Source of the DNA: Deltaproteobacteria bacterium
GTDB lineage: Bacteria > UBA10199 > JACPAL01
Reading direction: 5' to 3'
DNA length: 64,000 bases
Assembly (NCBI GenBank): GCA_016180855.1
Contig: JACPAL010000011.1
Span: 7,392-71,391, forward strand
Made by a program: the position numbers and the translations under genes. A model generated the notes under the pieces. The model ran no database searches. It was not told the DNA's origin and worked only from the letters and a program-made list of their open reading frames with translations. This document shows, piece by piece, positions 18,959 to 27,942 of this stretch (position 1 is the first letter of the stretch; each line of letters opens with the position of its first letter).

Positions 18959-19897
18959 CTAGACATAGGCTCGATGGAACATCTCACAAATCGCAGTAAT
19001 CCAGCGGGGGTGGTTGTTCAGAGAGGGAACCAGTTCAAACGATTCCGCTCCGTGAGCTAACGCTAATTTGCGATACCGAATTCCGATCTCTTCTAATGTT
19101 TCGAGACAATCGGTCACAAAAGAAGGCGCAAAAATGACAAGGCGCTTCTTACCACTATCAAGGAGTCTCACAACCTCTTGATCGGTGTAGGGCTGAATCC
19201 AGCGACCCGCCCCCATCCTTGATTGAAAGCAGATCGTATAATCTTTCTCCTCAAGACCTAATTGAAGGGCGAGTCCCGTTGCCGTCTTTAAACATTGATC
19301 CCGGTAAGGATCCCCCTTCTGGATCTGTTTTTCAGGCAGCCCATGAAAGCTGAAGAGGATATGATCAGGATGATTTTTTTCAATCACGGGCCGACCAACC
19401 TCTGCAAAGCTTTGTAGAAAGCCGTCGTCTTGAAAAAAAGGAGGGGCCATTTTGAATGAATCCCGCCATCCCTCTTTAATCCTCTTCTCGATTGAGCCCG
19501 TCGTCGCATTTGAATACTGTGGAAAAAGCGGGAAGAAGAGGATCTCACGCACCCCCCTTTTTAAAACCTCCTCGATCGCCGTTGCAATCGACGGGTTACC
19601 GTATCGCATCCCGACCGCGACACAAATATTCGAGCCTAACTGTTTTTGGACGGCCTCAGCGAGTGCATTCGTGTGACAGAGGAGTGGAGAACCGTTTTTG
19701 GTCCAGATCTGTTGATACTGGTGGGCGGATCGCCTTGGCCGAAACGGAAGGATGATCGCATGAAGGAGCAACCACCGTACAATGGCGGGGGCATCAATCA
19801 CATCAGGGTCCGATAGAAATTCGTTCAAATAGCAGCGAACCGCCGATATTGTGGGGCTCTCCGGCGTGCCAAGATTGACAAGAATGAGCCCCTTCAT
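18959..19897 (-). CDS. hemH: ferrochelatase
   Basis: LVNLGTPESP and FSFHGLPE motifs. The ATG at 19897 overlaps the hemJ TGA by 1 nt. The ORF track starts at GTG 19906. Confidence 0.92.
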   Translation of the reverse strand: MKGLILVNLGTPESPTISAVRCYLNEFLSDPDVIDAPAIVRWLLLHAIILPFRPRRSAHQYQQIWTKNGSPLLCHTNALAEAVQKQLGSNICVAVGMRYGNPSIATAIEEVLKRGVREILFFPLFPQYSNATTGSIEKRIKEGWRDSFKMAPPFFQDDGFLQSFAEVGRPVIEKNHPDHILFSFHGLPEKQIQKGDPYRDQCLKTATGLALQLGLEEKDYTICFQSRMGAGRWIQPYTDQEVVRLLDSGKKRLVIFAPSFVTDCLETLEEIGIRYRKLALAHGAESFELVPSLNNHPRWITAICEMFHRAYV

Positions 19898-20334
19898 CAG
19901 AGCCACGGTTTGAGAACCACCAGGATCACAATCAATATAAGAAGAACCGTTGGAATTTCATTAATAAGACGACAGGCGTTCTCCGAAAACCGGTATTCCC
20001 CGCGTGACATCCACCGGTGAACCTTCATCGCCAGGTGATGATAGCAGAGAAGCCCAAAAACACCGGCCAGCTTCACGTAAAACCACCCTTCTCGAAAGAC
20101 CTCCTGGTTTAAGCCGGCCAATCCAAAACCGGTGACGAGCGTCAGGAGCATTGCTGGAAGCATAATGATGTAGAGGAGTTTCTTCTCCATAATCTTGAGG
20201 GTTCGCGTCATCGGTTCTTCGTGACGATGTTTGACATGATAGACAAAGATCCTAAAAATATAGAACAACCCTGCAAACCAGGCGGTCATAAAGATGATGT
20301 GAAGGCTCTTGAGCCAAAGATAGGAGATGCCCAT
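19897..20334 (-). CDS. hemJ: protoporphyrinogen IX oxidase, HemJ type
   Basis: 145 aa with four hydrophobic helices. N-terminus LKSLHIIFMTAWFAGLFYIFRIFVYH is typical of the HemJ/UPF0093 family. Sits between hemN and hemH. Confidence 0.8.
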   Translation of the reverse strand: MGISYLWLKSLHIIFMTAWFAGLFYIFRIFVYHVKHRHEEPMTRTLKIMEKKLLYIIMLPAMLLTLVTGFGLAGLNQEVFREGWFYVKLAGVFGLLCYHHLAMKVHRWMSRGEYRFSENACRLINEIPTVLLILIVILVVLKPWL

Positions 20335-21735
20335 CTAAACGGTCCTCGAAAAAACGGGGTTCTTGGCTGTTTCGCGAATCTGTTTTAAATAACGGTCAAA
20401 GACCATCGCAATATTTCGGAGGAATAGGAGCCCCTCTCCTGTGATCTGAAGCTGATCCGCCGTGATTGTGAGAAGCCGATCTTCGATGAACGGTTCAAGC
20501 CTGCCCCGCTCCTGCCTGAAATAGTCCCAGAACTGGACAGACCATTCTGTTTCAAAATCAGAGAGTTTGACACGTGCCTGGCACATGATCCTCTGGATCA
20601 GGTCCCGCCGTATCCGGTCATCTTCCGAGAGAAGGTAACCCCGAAAGGTGGCCAAATCACCCCTCGTAACCCTTCCCTCGTACTCCTTCAATTCCTTGCT
20701 GTTTTGAAAGTATTGGCCTCCCACATAGGAGATGGAGCTAATACCAAGACCGATCTGATGATCATCCTTGCGCGTTGAATAGCCCATGAAGTTCCGGTGA
20801 ATCGTCCCCTCGTGCGCCGCCTGCGAAAGCTCATCATCCTGTAGGGCGAAATGATCCATTCCGATCAATCGGTATCCGTTTTTTTGAAAATGACGGAGTG
20901 CCATTTCAAAAAATCTTATTTTCATCTCGGGTGAAGGAAGATCGCTCTCCTTGAAAGACCTCTGGGCCGGCTTCTCCCAGGGAACATGCGCATAACTGTA
21001 GACGGCGAGACGTCCCGGTCTCAAACGAACGACCTCCTCCAGCGTCCTCTTCCAGCCCTGCTCACTCTGTCCCGGGAGACCGTAGACCAAATCAAAATTG
21101 AACGACGTAAAGCCTAACTGACGAAGATAATCGACCATAGCGTCCGTTTGCTCGAGCGTCTGAAACCGGTTGATCATCTTCTGGACCTTGGAATCAAAAT
21201 CCTGCACCCCCAGTGAGATTCGGTTGAAATGCAACTCCTTTAACTTATCGCAAAATTCCTTTGTGCTGGTCCGTGGATGCATTTCAATGGCGATTTCAGC
21301 CTCCGGAAGCAGCTCAAAATTCTTCCGGACAGCGAGCATGAGATCCGCCAACTCCTCCGGTTGCAGAAAGTTGGGTGTCCCACCTCCAAAATGGACCTGG
21401 TTCACCTGGTTTTTTTTGCCACGCCCTTTCAGGATCTGCATGACCTGCTCAAATTCTTTCAACAAGGTGTCGACATATTCCCTGGAGCGTTGATGATCCT
21501 GCGTGATTACCTTCATGCATCCGCAGAAGTGGCAAAGGGTCTCACAAAATGGGAGATGAAAATAAAGAGAAAGCTTGTCCTGAACCGGAATCTTCTTGAG
21601 TGCCTTCTTGTATTCTTCTCGTCCTGCATTCTCACCCCAGGCTGGTACCGTGGGGTAGCTGGTATAGCGCGGCCCTGGAACATCGTATTTGGCGAGGAGA
21701 TTCCGGAGGTGGTCGTCGATCGGGTGATCATTCAT
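20335..21735 (-). CDS. hemN: oxygen-independent coproporphyrinogen III oxidase (radical SAM)
   Basis: GPRYTSYPT and CETLCHFCGC (CxxxCxxC). Start is uncertain: ATG at 21735, 21753 or 21792. 21735 gives an 8-nt overlap with the hemE stop. Confidence 0.92.
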   Translation of the reverse strand: MNDHPIDDHLRNLLAKYDVPGPRYTSYPTVPAWGENAGREEYKKALKKIPVQDKLSLYFHLPFCETLCHFCGCMKVITQDHQRSREYVDTLLKEFEQVMQILKGRGKKNQVNQVHFGGGTPNFLQPEELADLMLAVRKNFELLPEAEIAIEMHPRTSTKEFCDKLKELHFNRISLGVQDFDSKVQKMINRFQTLEQTDAMVDYLRQLGFTSFNFDLVYGLPGQSEQGWKRTLEEVVRLRPGRLAVYSYAHVPWEKPAQRSFKESDLPSPEMKIRFFEMALRHFQKNGYRLIGMDHFALQDDELSQAAHEGTIHRNFMGYSTRKDDHQIGLGISSISYVGGQYFQNSKELKEYEGRVTRGDLATFRGYLLSEDDRIRRDLIQRIMCQARVKLSDFETEWSVQFWDYFRQERGRLEPFIEDRLLTITADQLQITGEGLLFLRNIAMVFDRYLKQIRETAKNPVFSRTV

Positions 21736-22756
21736 GACAAGTTCTCGATCCATATTTTTTTGCAAAATCAATAAATGCCTTTGCGTGCGCAACCGGAACC
21801 TCTTTGGAGATACCGTGCCCCAAATTCATAATATAACCAGGGCCGTTCCCCCAGTCATTGACCATCGCCAGAACCGCCTTCTCAATCTGCGAAACAGCCT
21901 GACAGAGAATAGCAGGATCAAGATTTCCCTGGAGTGCCACGCGATCCCCTCCCTTGCTACGATAAGAAGAAAGGGTTTCTTTCCAGTCAACACTGATCAC
22001 ATCAACGCCCGTGTCAATTAAGTTCGTAAACAGATGGGAGGCCTCCTTCATATAGATAATTGTTGGCACCCCCATTTTTTTTAAGGCGGTGATAATCTCC
22101 TGTTGAGAGGGGAAAACGTTCTTCTGATATTCCTCGAGAGAAAGGGAACCCGCCCAGGTATCGAAGAGCTGGATGCAATCGACACCGGCCTCGACTTGTT
22201 TTTTGAGATATTGGATCGTTGCCGTCGTGAGTTTTTTCACAAGGGGATTAAAAAAAGCCCGATGATGCACCGCTTGACGAGAGGTGGCCTCCCCTTCCCT
22301 CGTCATATAGTAAGCAACCGTGTAAGGTCCTCCCGCAAAACCGATCAGAGGGAAATCAGGTCCGATCTTCTTGCGAATCTTTTCTATCGTTTGATAGACA
22401 AAACCACACCGGTCGGCCGCCGTCTCTCCGAGTTTTTCAACGTCTCTCGCCTCCCTGACAGGATTGGCAAAGGAAGGCCCCTCTCCTTCAATAAATTGAA
22501 GTGAGATCCCCATCGCCTCAGGAAGTATGAGGATGTCACTGTAAAGGATTGCGGCATCGACGGAGAGAATCCGAACCGGTTGGAGGGTAATTTCACAAGC
22601 GGTTTCGGGATCCTTCATCATCTGAAGGGTTGGCATCCTCTCCCGGATAAGCCGATATTCTGGAAGGTAGCGACCGGCCTGCCGCATCATCCAGGCTGGT
22701 GGACGATCAACCGGTTTGCGCTGGCAGGCGCTCAAAAAACGTTCCTTGGGAGTCAT
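21728..22756 (-). CDS. hemE: uroporphyrinogen decarboxylase
   Basis: MTPKERFLSACQRKPVDRPPAWMMRQAGRYLPEY matches the canonical HemE N-terminus. The ORF track extends to 22813. Confidence 0.93.
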   Translation of the reverse strand: MTPKERFLSACQRKPVDRPPAWMMRQAGRYLPEYRLIRERMPTLQMMKDPETACEITLQPVRILSVDAAILYSDILILPEAMGISLQFIEGEGPSFANPVREARDVEKLGETAADRCGFVYQTIEKIRKKIGPDFPLIGFAGGPYTVAYYMTREGEATSRQAVHHRAFFNPLVKKLTTATIQYLKKQVEAGVDCIQLFDTWAGSLSLEEYQKNVFPSQQEIITALKKMGVPTIIYMKEASHLFTNLIDTGVDVISVDWKETLSSYRSKGGDRVALQGNLDPAILCQAVSQIEKAVLAMVNDWGNGPGYIMNLGHGISKEVPVAHAKAFIDFAKKYGSRTCHE

Positions 22757-22802
22757 GAGGAATCTCATTAACCTTGATTTTATTTGGATTTCAAGAAGAT
22801 CA

Positions 22803-22854
22803 TTGACAATCAACCCTTTGTGCTTAGTTTAATGTTAGTCAAACCAACAAGGAG
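22803..22854 (+). promoter_or_regulatory. candidate sigma70-type promoter and SD of dnaK
   Basis: TTGACA at 22803-22808. AT-rich TAGTTTAAT lies 16-19 nt downstream and is only a weak -10. AAGGAG at 22849-22854 is 5 nt before the ATG. Confidence 0.25.
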
Positions 22855-22859
22855 CTTTT

Positions 22860-24785
22860 ATGTCTAGAAAAACAAGTAAAGTCATAGGGATAGATCTTGG
22901 GACAACGAACTCGGTTGTTGCCGTTATGGAGGGGTCTGAGCCAAAGGTGATCGTGAACGAAGAGGGCTCACGGTTGACTCCCTCCGTTGTTGCCTTTACA
23001 AAGGATGGCGAGGTGCTCGTCGGCCAGATTGCGAAGAGGCAATCGGTAACAAACCCTGAAAACACCGTTTATTCTATCAAGAGATTTATGGGACGTAAGC
23101 TCGGTGAGGTCTCCGAGGAGCAGAAGATGGTCCCTTATACGGTGGTTAAGGCAGATAACGGTGACTCCCATGTTAAAATTCCAAACACCGGCAAGACCTA
23201 CTCCCCACCGGAGATCTCAGCTAAAATTCTTGCCAAATTAAAGGCGGCTGCCGAGGCGTATCTCGGCGAGAAAGTAACCGAAGCAGTTATTACAGTCCCG
23301 GCCTATTTTAACGATAGCCAACGTCAGGCGACAAAAGATGCCGGAAAGATCGCCGGGCTCGATGTGAAGAGGATTGTCAATGAGCCAACCGCCTCGGCAC
23401 TTGCGTACGGGCTCGACAAGAAAAAGGATGAGACGATTGCGGTCTACGATTTCGGAGGTGGCACATTTGATATTTCCATTCTGGAGGTTGGTGAGAATGT
23501 TGTGGAGGTCGTTTCCACCAACGGAGACACGCATTTGGGCGGTGATAATGTTGATCAGAAAATCATTGAATACCTTATTGCCGAATTTAAAAAAGATCAG
23601 GGGATTGATCTCTCAAAAGACAAGATGGTGCTGCAACGCCTGAAGGAAGCGGGGGAGAAGGCAAAGATTGAACTCTCAAGTCTCCTTGAGACCGAGATCA
23701 ACCTCCCGTTCCTGACGGCCGATGCCTCCGGACCGAAGCATATGAATATCAAACTGACCCGGGCGAAGCTCGAGTCACTTTGTGAGGATCTGATCCTGCG
23801 CTCGTTCGAGCCGGTGAAAAAGGCGTTGGCCGATGCGAAGATGAAACCGTCCGACATTGATGAAGTCGTCCTTGTGGGAGGATCGACCCGTATCCCGCGG
23901 GTTCAGGAAGAGGTAAAGAAATACTTCGGCCGTGAACCACATAAGGGGGTCAATCCGGACGAAGTGGTCGCCCTGGGTGCCGCAGTCCAGGCCGGCGTCC
24001 TGTCCGGAGAGGTACGAGATGTACTGCTTCTTGATGTCACACCACTTACCTTGGGGATTGAGACGCTGGGTGGCGTGATGACCAAACTGATTGAGAGAAA
24101 TACAACAATCCCGACAAAAAAGGCGCAGGTTTTTTCAACGGCAGCCGACAGCCAGACCTCTGTTGAAATCCATATCTTGCAGGGGGAGCGAGAGATGGCG
24201 AAGGACAATAAAACACTCGGACGATTTATCCTCGATGGAATTCCGTCGGCACCGCGTGGCATCCCCCAGATTGAGGTCACCTTTGACATCGATGCCAATG
24301 GCATCCTCAATGTTGCGGCGACCGATAAGGCAACGGACAAAAAACAACATATTACAATCACCGCCTCCAGCGGACTCTCGAAAGAGGAGGTCAATAATTT
24401 GGTGAAGGATGGCCAGTCTCATGAGGCGGAGGATAAGAAGCGGCGTGAAGAGATTGAAACAAAAAATAGCGCCGAATCCCTTGTCTATGTCACCGAAAAG
24501 ACCCTTAAGGAAAACCGCGAAAAGATCCCGGTTAAGATTGTCAATGCTATCGAAAAAGGTGTTGAGGAGCTCAAGGAGGCGCTCAAGAAAGATGACAGCA
24601 GCGCCATTCAGAAGGCGATGGAAAGTCTGACACAGGAATCACATAAGATGGCTGAAGAGATGTATAAGGCTCAAGCGGAAAAGGAGAAGAAACCGCCCGA
24701 AGGAGGCGGAGGCGAAGGAAAGGAATCAAAGGGGAAAAAAGAGGAAGATGTCGTTGACGCCGAGTACACGGATGCAAACGAATAA
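22860..24785 (+). CDS. dnaK: molecular chaperone DnaK (Hsp70)
   Basis: 641 aa. [32 protein letters not shown], and an acidic C-terminal tail. Confidence 0.98.
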   Translation: MSRKTSKVIGIDLGTTNSVVAVMEGSEPKVIVNEEGSRLTPSVVAFTKDGEVLVGQIAKRQSVTNPENTVYSIKRFMGRKLGEVSEEQKMVPYTVVKADNGDSHVKIPNTGKTYSPPEISAKILAKLKAAAEAYLGEKVTEAVITVPAYFNDSQRQATKDAGKIAGLDVKRIVNEPTASALAYGLDKKKDETIAVYDFGGGTFDISILEVGENVVEVVSTNGDTHLGGDNVDQKIIEYLIAEFKKDQGIDLSKDKMVLQRLKEAGEKAKIELSSLLETEINLPFLTADASGPKHMNIKLTRAKLESLCEDLILRSFEPVKKALADAKMKPSDIDEVVLVGGSTRIPRVQEEVKKYFGREPHKGVNPDEVVALGAAVQAGVLSGEVRDVLLLDVTPLTLGIETLGGVMTKLIERNTTIPTKKAQVFSTAADSQTSVEIHILQGEREMAKDNKTLGRFILDGIPSAPRGIPQIEVTFDIDANGILNVAATDKATDKKQHITITASSGLSKEEVNNLVKDGQSHEAEDKKRREEIETKNSAESLVYVTEKTLKENREKIPVKIVNAIEKGVEELKEALKKDDSSAIQKAMESLTQESHKMAEEMYKAQAEKEKKPPEGGGGEGKESKGKKEEDVVDAEYTDANE

Positions 24786-24818
24786 ACGCTTGCGAAGCCG
24801 CTCGTGACGTAGCATGTT

Positions 24819-25592
24819 ATGCGGCACCGTATGAAGCTCGGTGCCGTCAGCTACCTCAATGCACTTCCGCTTGTTCATTATCTCGCAGAGAGACCGCGTC
24901 TGGCCCCTCCTGCCGCCCTCGACAGGTTACTCCGAATCGGTGAAGTTGAGCTTGCCACGGCGCCCGTTGTAACACTTTGCGAAAATCCTTCCTGGAAGGT
25001 TGTTCCGGGGATCGCAATCGCGACCCGGTCAACGGCCAAGAGTGTCCGGCTGATTTTCAAAAAACAGGGAATAACTCTCGGAGATCTTCGCTCTATTTCC
25101 CTCGATCTGGAATCAAAAACCTCCAATCTCCTCCTCAAGGTTCTCCTGCATTACAAGTACAGACGAAGGCTTGAGGATATTCACTTTTATTATCCCCTTC
25201 CCTCTTCCGATGCCGACGCTGCCCTGTTCATTGGTGATAAGGCACTTAAGGAGGAATATCGCTCACTGGAAGGGCTTGATCTGGGTGGAGAATGGACCTC
25301 CTGGACAGGACTCCCGTTTGTCTTTGCCGCCTGGATCGGATCTGCTCCGGAGATTTCGGAAAAACAGGTCCAAATCTTGAGAGAGGCACGTGATCGGGCC
25401 CTCACAAATCTTGGGGAACTTGCCAAACAACAGTCCGTTCTCCCGGAGCTGGAGGCAAAACGATACCTTTCCGAAAATATTTCCTATGAATTTGAAGGGG
25501 CTGAGATTGAGGGGCTTCAGCGGTTTTGTGCCTATGCCCACGAATTGGGCTTAATCCAGAATGACTTTCAACTCTCTTTTTACCTTAAGTGA
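24819..25592 (+). CDS. mqnA: chorismate dehydratase MqnA (futalosine pathway)
   Basis: KLGAVSYLNALPLVHYL N-terminus and ~250-aa length, as in the MqnA/MqnD (VitK2_biosynth) family. The alternative ATG at 24831 lies in a hairpin loop. Confidence 0.8.
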   Translation: MRHRMKLGAVSYLNALPLVHYLAERPRLAPPAALDRLLRIGEVELATAPVVTLCENPSWKVVPGIAIATRSTAKSVRLIFKKQGITLGDLRSISLDLESKTSNLLLKVLLHYKYRRRLEDIHFYYPLPSSDADAALFIGDKALKEEYRSLEGLDLGGEWTSWTGLPFVFAAWIGSAPEISEKQVQILREARDRALTNLGELAKQQSVLPELEAKRYLSENISYEFEGAEIEGLQRFCAYAHELGLIQNDFQLSFYLK

Positions 25593-26859
25593 AAAACAGC
25601 AGATCCCTCTCGAGGCGGTTCTCAAGTCGGACCTGCTGAGACTTGGGGTCTCATTTTCCCGAGAGGCCCTTAAAACATCCCAGGATCAAAAACCGAAATC
25701 GTATTTTATCTTTTCCTTTGATCGAGTTTCTCAAAAAGAGCTTTCTGAGATGGAAAAAAGGGGGGCCCCGGAAGAGATCGCCTTGGTTGGAGGGCCGTAT
25801 AATTTGAAGAGAACGATTGTTTCTGTCAGGCTAAATCCAAACTCGCCATATCGAATTGAGGCCTCACCCCCTCCACTCCCCCTCTCCTTAGTAAGGAGAG
25901 GGGGACAGGGGGAGAGATATGAGAAAATCTCTGATATCATTCTCCCAACATCTCCCTCCTACTACAAAACCGCTCTTCAATCGGGCAAACCGGTGGCCGA
26001 CATTGCCCCGACGATTGAATGGGGGTATCTGATCTATCTGACCACCTTTCGTCTCTGCCAATACTGGGGCGAAAAGGAGGAGTGCCAGTTTTGCGACATC
26101 AACAACAATTACCGTCAGCAAAAAGGGGAGCGCTCCTACACCTCGATCAAGGAGCCTGATGAGGTTGTTGAGGCGCTGGCTATTATACAAAAAATGGATA
26201 CAGACGGAATCAGTCAGGCCTACACCGTTTCCGGAGGCGCTATTACCAAAGATCTGTACGGTCTTCGCGAGGCGGAATTTTATGCCCGGTATGCCCAGGT
26301 AATCGAAAAAAATTTTCCGGGACGCTGGATCGGTAAGGCGAATGTCCAGGCATTGCCGGAGGAAGAGGTAAAGATCCTAAAAAAAGCGGGCTACCAAATT
26401 TATCACCCAAACTACGAGGTATGGGATAAAGAGCTTTTCAAAAGACTCTGCCCGGGCAAGGAAAAACTCATTGGGCAGGAGGAATGGATTCATCGCATTC
26501 TGTCAGCGGCCGAGATTTTTGGGGCCCCCCATGTGATCCCTAATTTTGTGGCAGGGATCGAGATGTCGAAACCGTACGGCTTTCAAACGGTCGATGAGGC
26601 GGTTGATTCAACGGCTGAAGGGCTCGATTTTTTCATGTCCAAAGGGATTTTACCGCGATTTACCGTTTGGTGCGTCGAACCAAATACAATCCTCTCACAA
26701 ACCAACAACGAACCCCCTCCCCTTGAATATTTCGTGAAACTGCTTCGGGTTTATCGTGAGACCTTCAAACGGTACAGACTCCCCCCCCCTCGTGGCTACG
26801 GTGAACCGGGTCTTGGAAAGGCCGTTTTTTCCGTCAGTCCGTTTATGGATGTGATTTAA
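25561..26859 (+). CDS. radical-SAM-like protein with non-canonical Cys spacing (function unknown)
   Basis: 432 aa. Cys cluster is C-QYWGEKEE-C-QF-C (Cx8Cx2C), followed by a TVSGG motif and TIM-barrel-like alternation. Overlaps the mqnA 3' end by 32 nt. Confidence 0.5.
   Translation: MTFNSLFTLSEKQQIPLEAVLKSDLLRLGVSFSREALKTSQDQKPKSYFIFSFDRVSQKELSEMEKRGAPEEIALVGGPYNLKRTIVSVRLNPNSPYRIEASPPPLPLSLVRRGGQGERYEKISDIILPTSPSYYKTALQSGKPVADIAPTIEWGYLIYLTTFRLCQYWGEKEECQFCDINNNYRQQKGERSYTSIKEPDEVVEALAIIQKMDTDGISQAYTVSGGAITKDLYGLREAEFYARYAQVIEKNFPGRWIGKANVQALPEEEVKILKKAGYQIYHPNYEVWDKELFKRLCPGKEKLIGQEEWIHRILSAAEIFGAPHVIPNFVAGIEMSKPYGFQTVDEAVDSTAEGLDFFMSKGILPRFTVWCVEPNTILSQTNNEPPPLEYFVKLLRVYRETFKRYRLPPPRGYGEPGLGKAVFSVSPFMDVI
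25862..25916 (+). repeat. C-run/G-run element, short form (D), perfect palindrome inside a CDS
   Basis: CCTCACCCCC-TCCACT-CCCCCTCTCCTTA(25878-25890)-G-TAAGGAGAGGGGG(25892-25904)-ACAGGGGGAGAG. The stem is a perfect 13 bp. Translated as SPPPLPLSLVRRGGQGER. Confidence 0.75.
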
Positions 26860-26884
26860 GAAATATTTCTTCCTGAAAATTATT

Positions 26885-27904
26885 TCATTTGATGGGTAAG
26901 GAAGCACGCTTTACCGGCTGAATTCCGACCTTTCTCACCCAATTCAATACCTTTTCGACATTCTGTTCAATCCTGGCACCGGCGAGCTGGGTCACCTGAT
27001 CCTCGAGCGGGATGTCAAAGTCATGGGCCCCTGAAAGGAGTGCCTCGGGTCCCTTGTCATATTGGGTCAAAAAAGAGGCCCGGATAACCGGGATGTTATC
27101 GAGGTAGAGACGGCTGATCGCGAGCGTCCGGAGATAATCATCATTCCCTGTGACACGTCCCCCAAGCGCTGTGTTGTCGGGCTGATAGGTCCATAAAAGA
27201 AAGCTGGAAAATCCACCCGTCCTCTCTTGAAGAGTACGAATCTTTCTCAAATGTTCCACCCGATCCCTTGGTGTTTCGCCAAATCCGATCACCATTGTCG
27301 CTGTCGTCCCAAACCCAAGACGCTGGGCCAGCTCCATTCCATCGAGATATTCCTTCACGGTATATTTTTTGGGTGAAAGTTTTTTGCGCCATTCGTCCGT
27401 GAGAATCTCGGCCCCACCTCCGGGGATCCAACGAAGTCCTGATCCCTTGAGACGTACCAATGTCTCTTCCAAAGAGATCCGGGAGGCACGAGCGATAAAA
27501 ATCACCTCAACAATCGTCGGACCGTAGATTTCAATTGTCTCCCCATATTTTTGCCGAACAGAGTAAAACAGGTCCTCATAGTGATCAACCTTGAGTTTTG
27601 GATTAAATCCCCCTTCCATCGCTACGAGACCGCCACCAACCGATTTTAACTCGTCGATCTTGGAAAAGATCTGCTCTTTTGAGAGGACGTATCCTTCCGG
27701 GTGATTGGGGCGGCGGTAAAAGGCACAGTAACTGCAGTCAGCGACACAAACATTCGTGTAACTGATAATCCGCATGATGATGTAGCTCGCCTGACTGCCC
27801 GGATAATAAAGAGACCGTCTCTTATGGGCCTCGGCCCTTAAGTCCCCCAGATTCTCCTTCCAGAGATCAAGCGCCTCTGCCTCGGTGAGACGTTGTTTTG
27901 TCAT
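26885..27904 (-). CDS. MqnC/MqnE-family radical SAM enzyme (cyclic dehypoxanthinyl futalosine synthase or aminofutalosine synthase)
   Basis: 339 aa. TNVCVADCSYCAFYRR (CxxxCxxC followed by AF) as in the CofH/MqnC/MqnE family. I cannot separate C from E by eye. Confidence 0.8.
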   Translation of the reverse strand: MTKQRLTEAEALDLWKENLGDLRAEAHKRRSLYYPGSQASYIIMRIISYTNVCVADCSYCAFYRRPNHPEGYVLSKEQIFSKIDELKSVGGGLVAMEGGFNPKLKVDHYEDLFYSVRQKYGETIEIYGPTIVEVIFIARASRISLEETLVRLKGSGLRWIPGGGAEILTDEWRKKLSPKKYTVKEYLDGMELAQRLGFGTTATMVIGFGETPRDRVEHLRKIRTLQERTGGFSSFLLWTYQPDNTALGGRVTGNDDYLRTLAISRLYLDNIPVIRASFLTQYDKGPEALLSGAHDFDIPLEDQVTQLAGARIEQNVEKVLNWVRKVGIQPVKRASLPIK

Positions 27905-27942
27905 CGCAACCTTTCTGAAATAGGGCCGAGAATCACGGTGTT

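Noticed and set aside
22741-22859. CIRCE (HrcA operator) or sigma32 promoter upstream of dnaK
   Set aside because: No TTAGCACTC-N9-GAGTGCTAA-like inverted repeat and no CTTGAAA/CCCCAT pair. Only a weak sigma70-like TTGACA.
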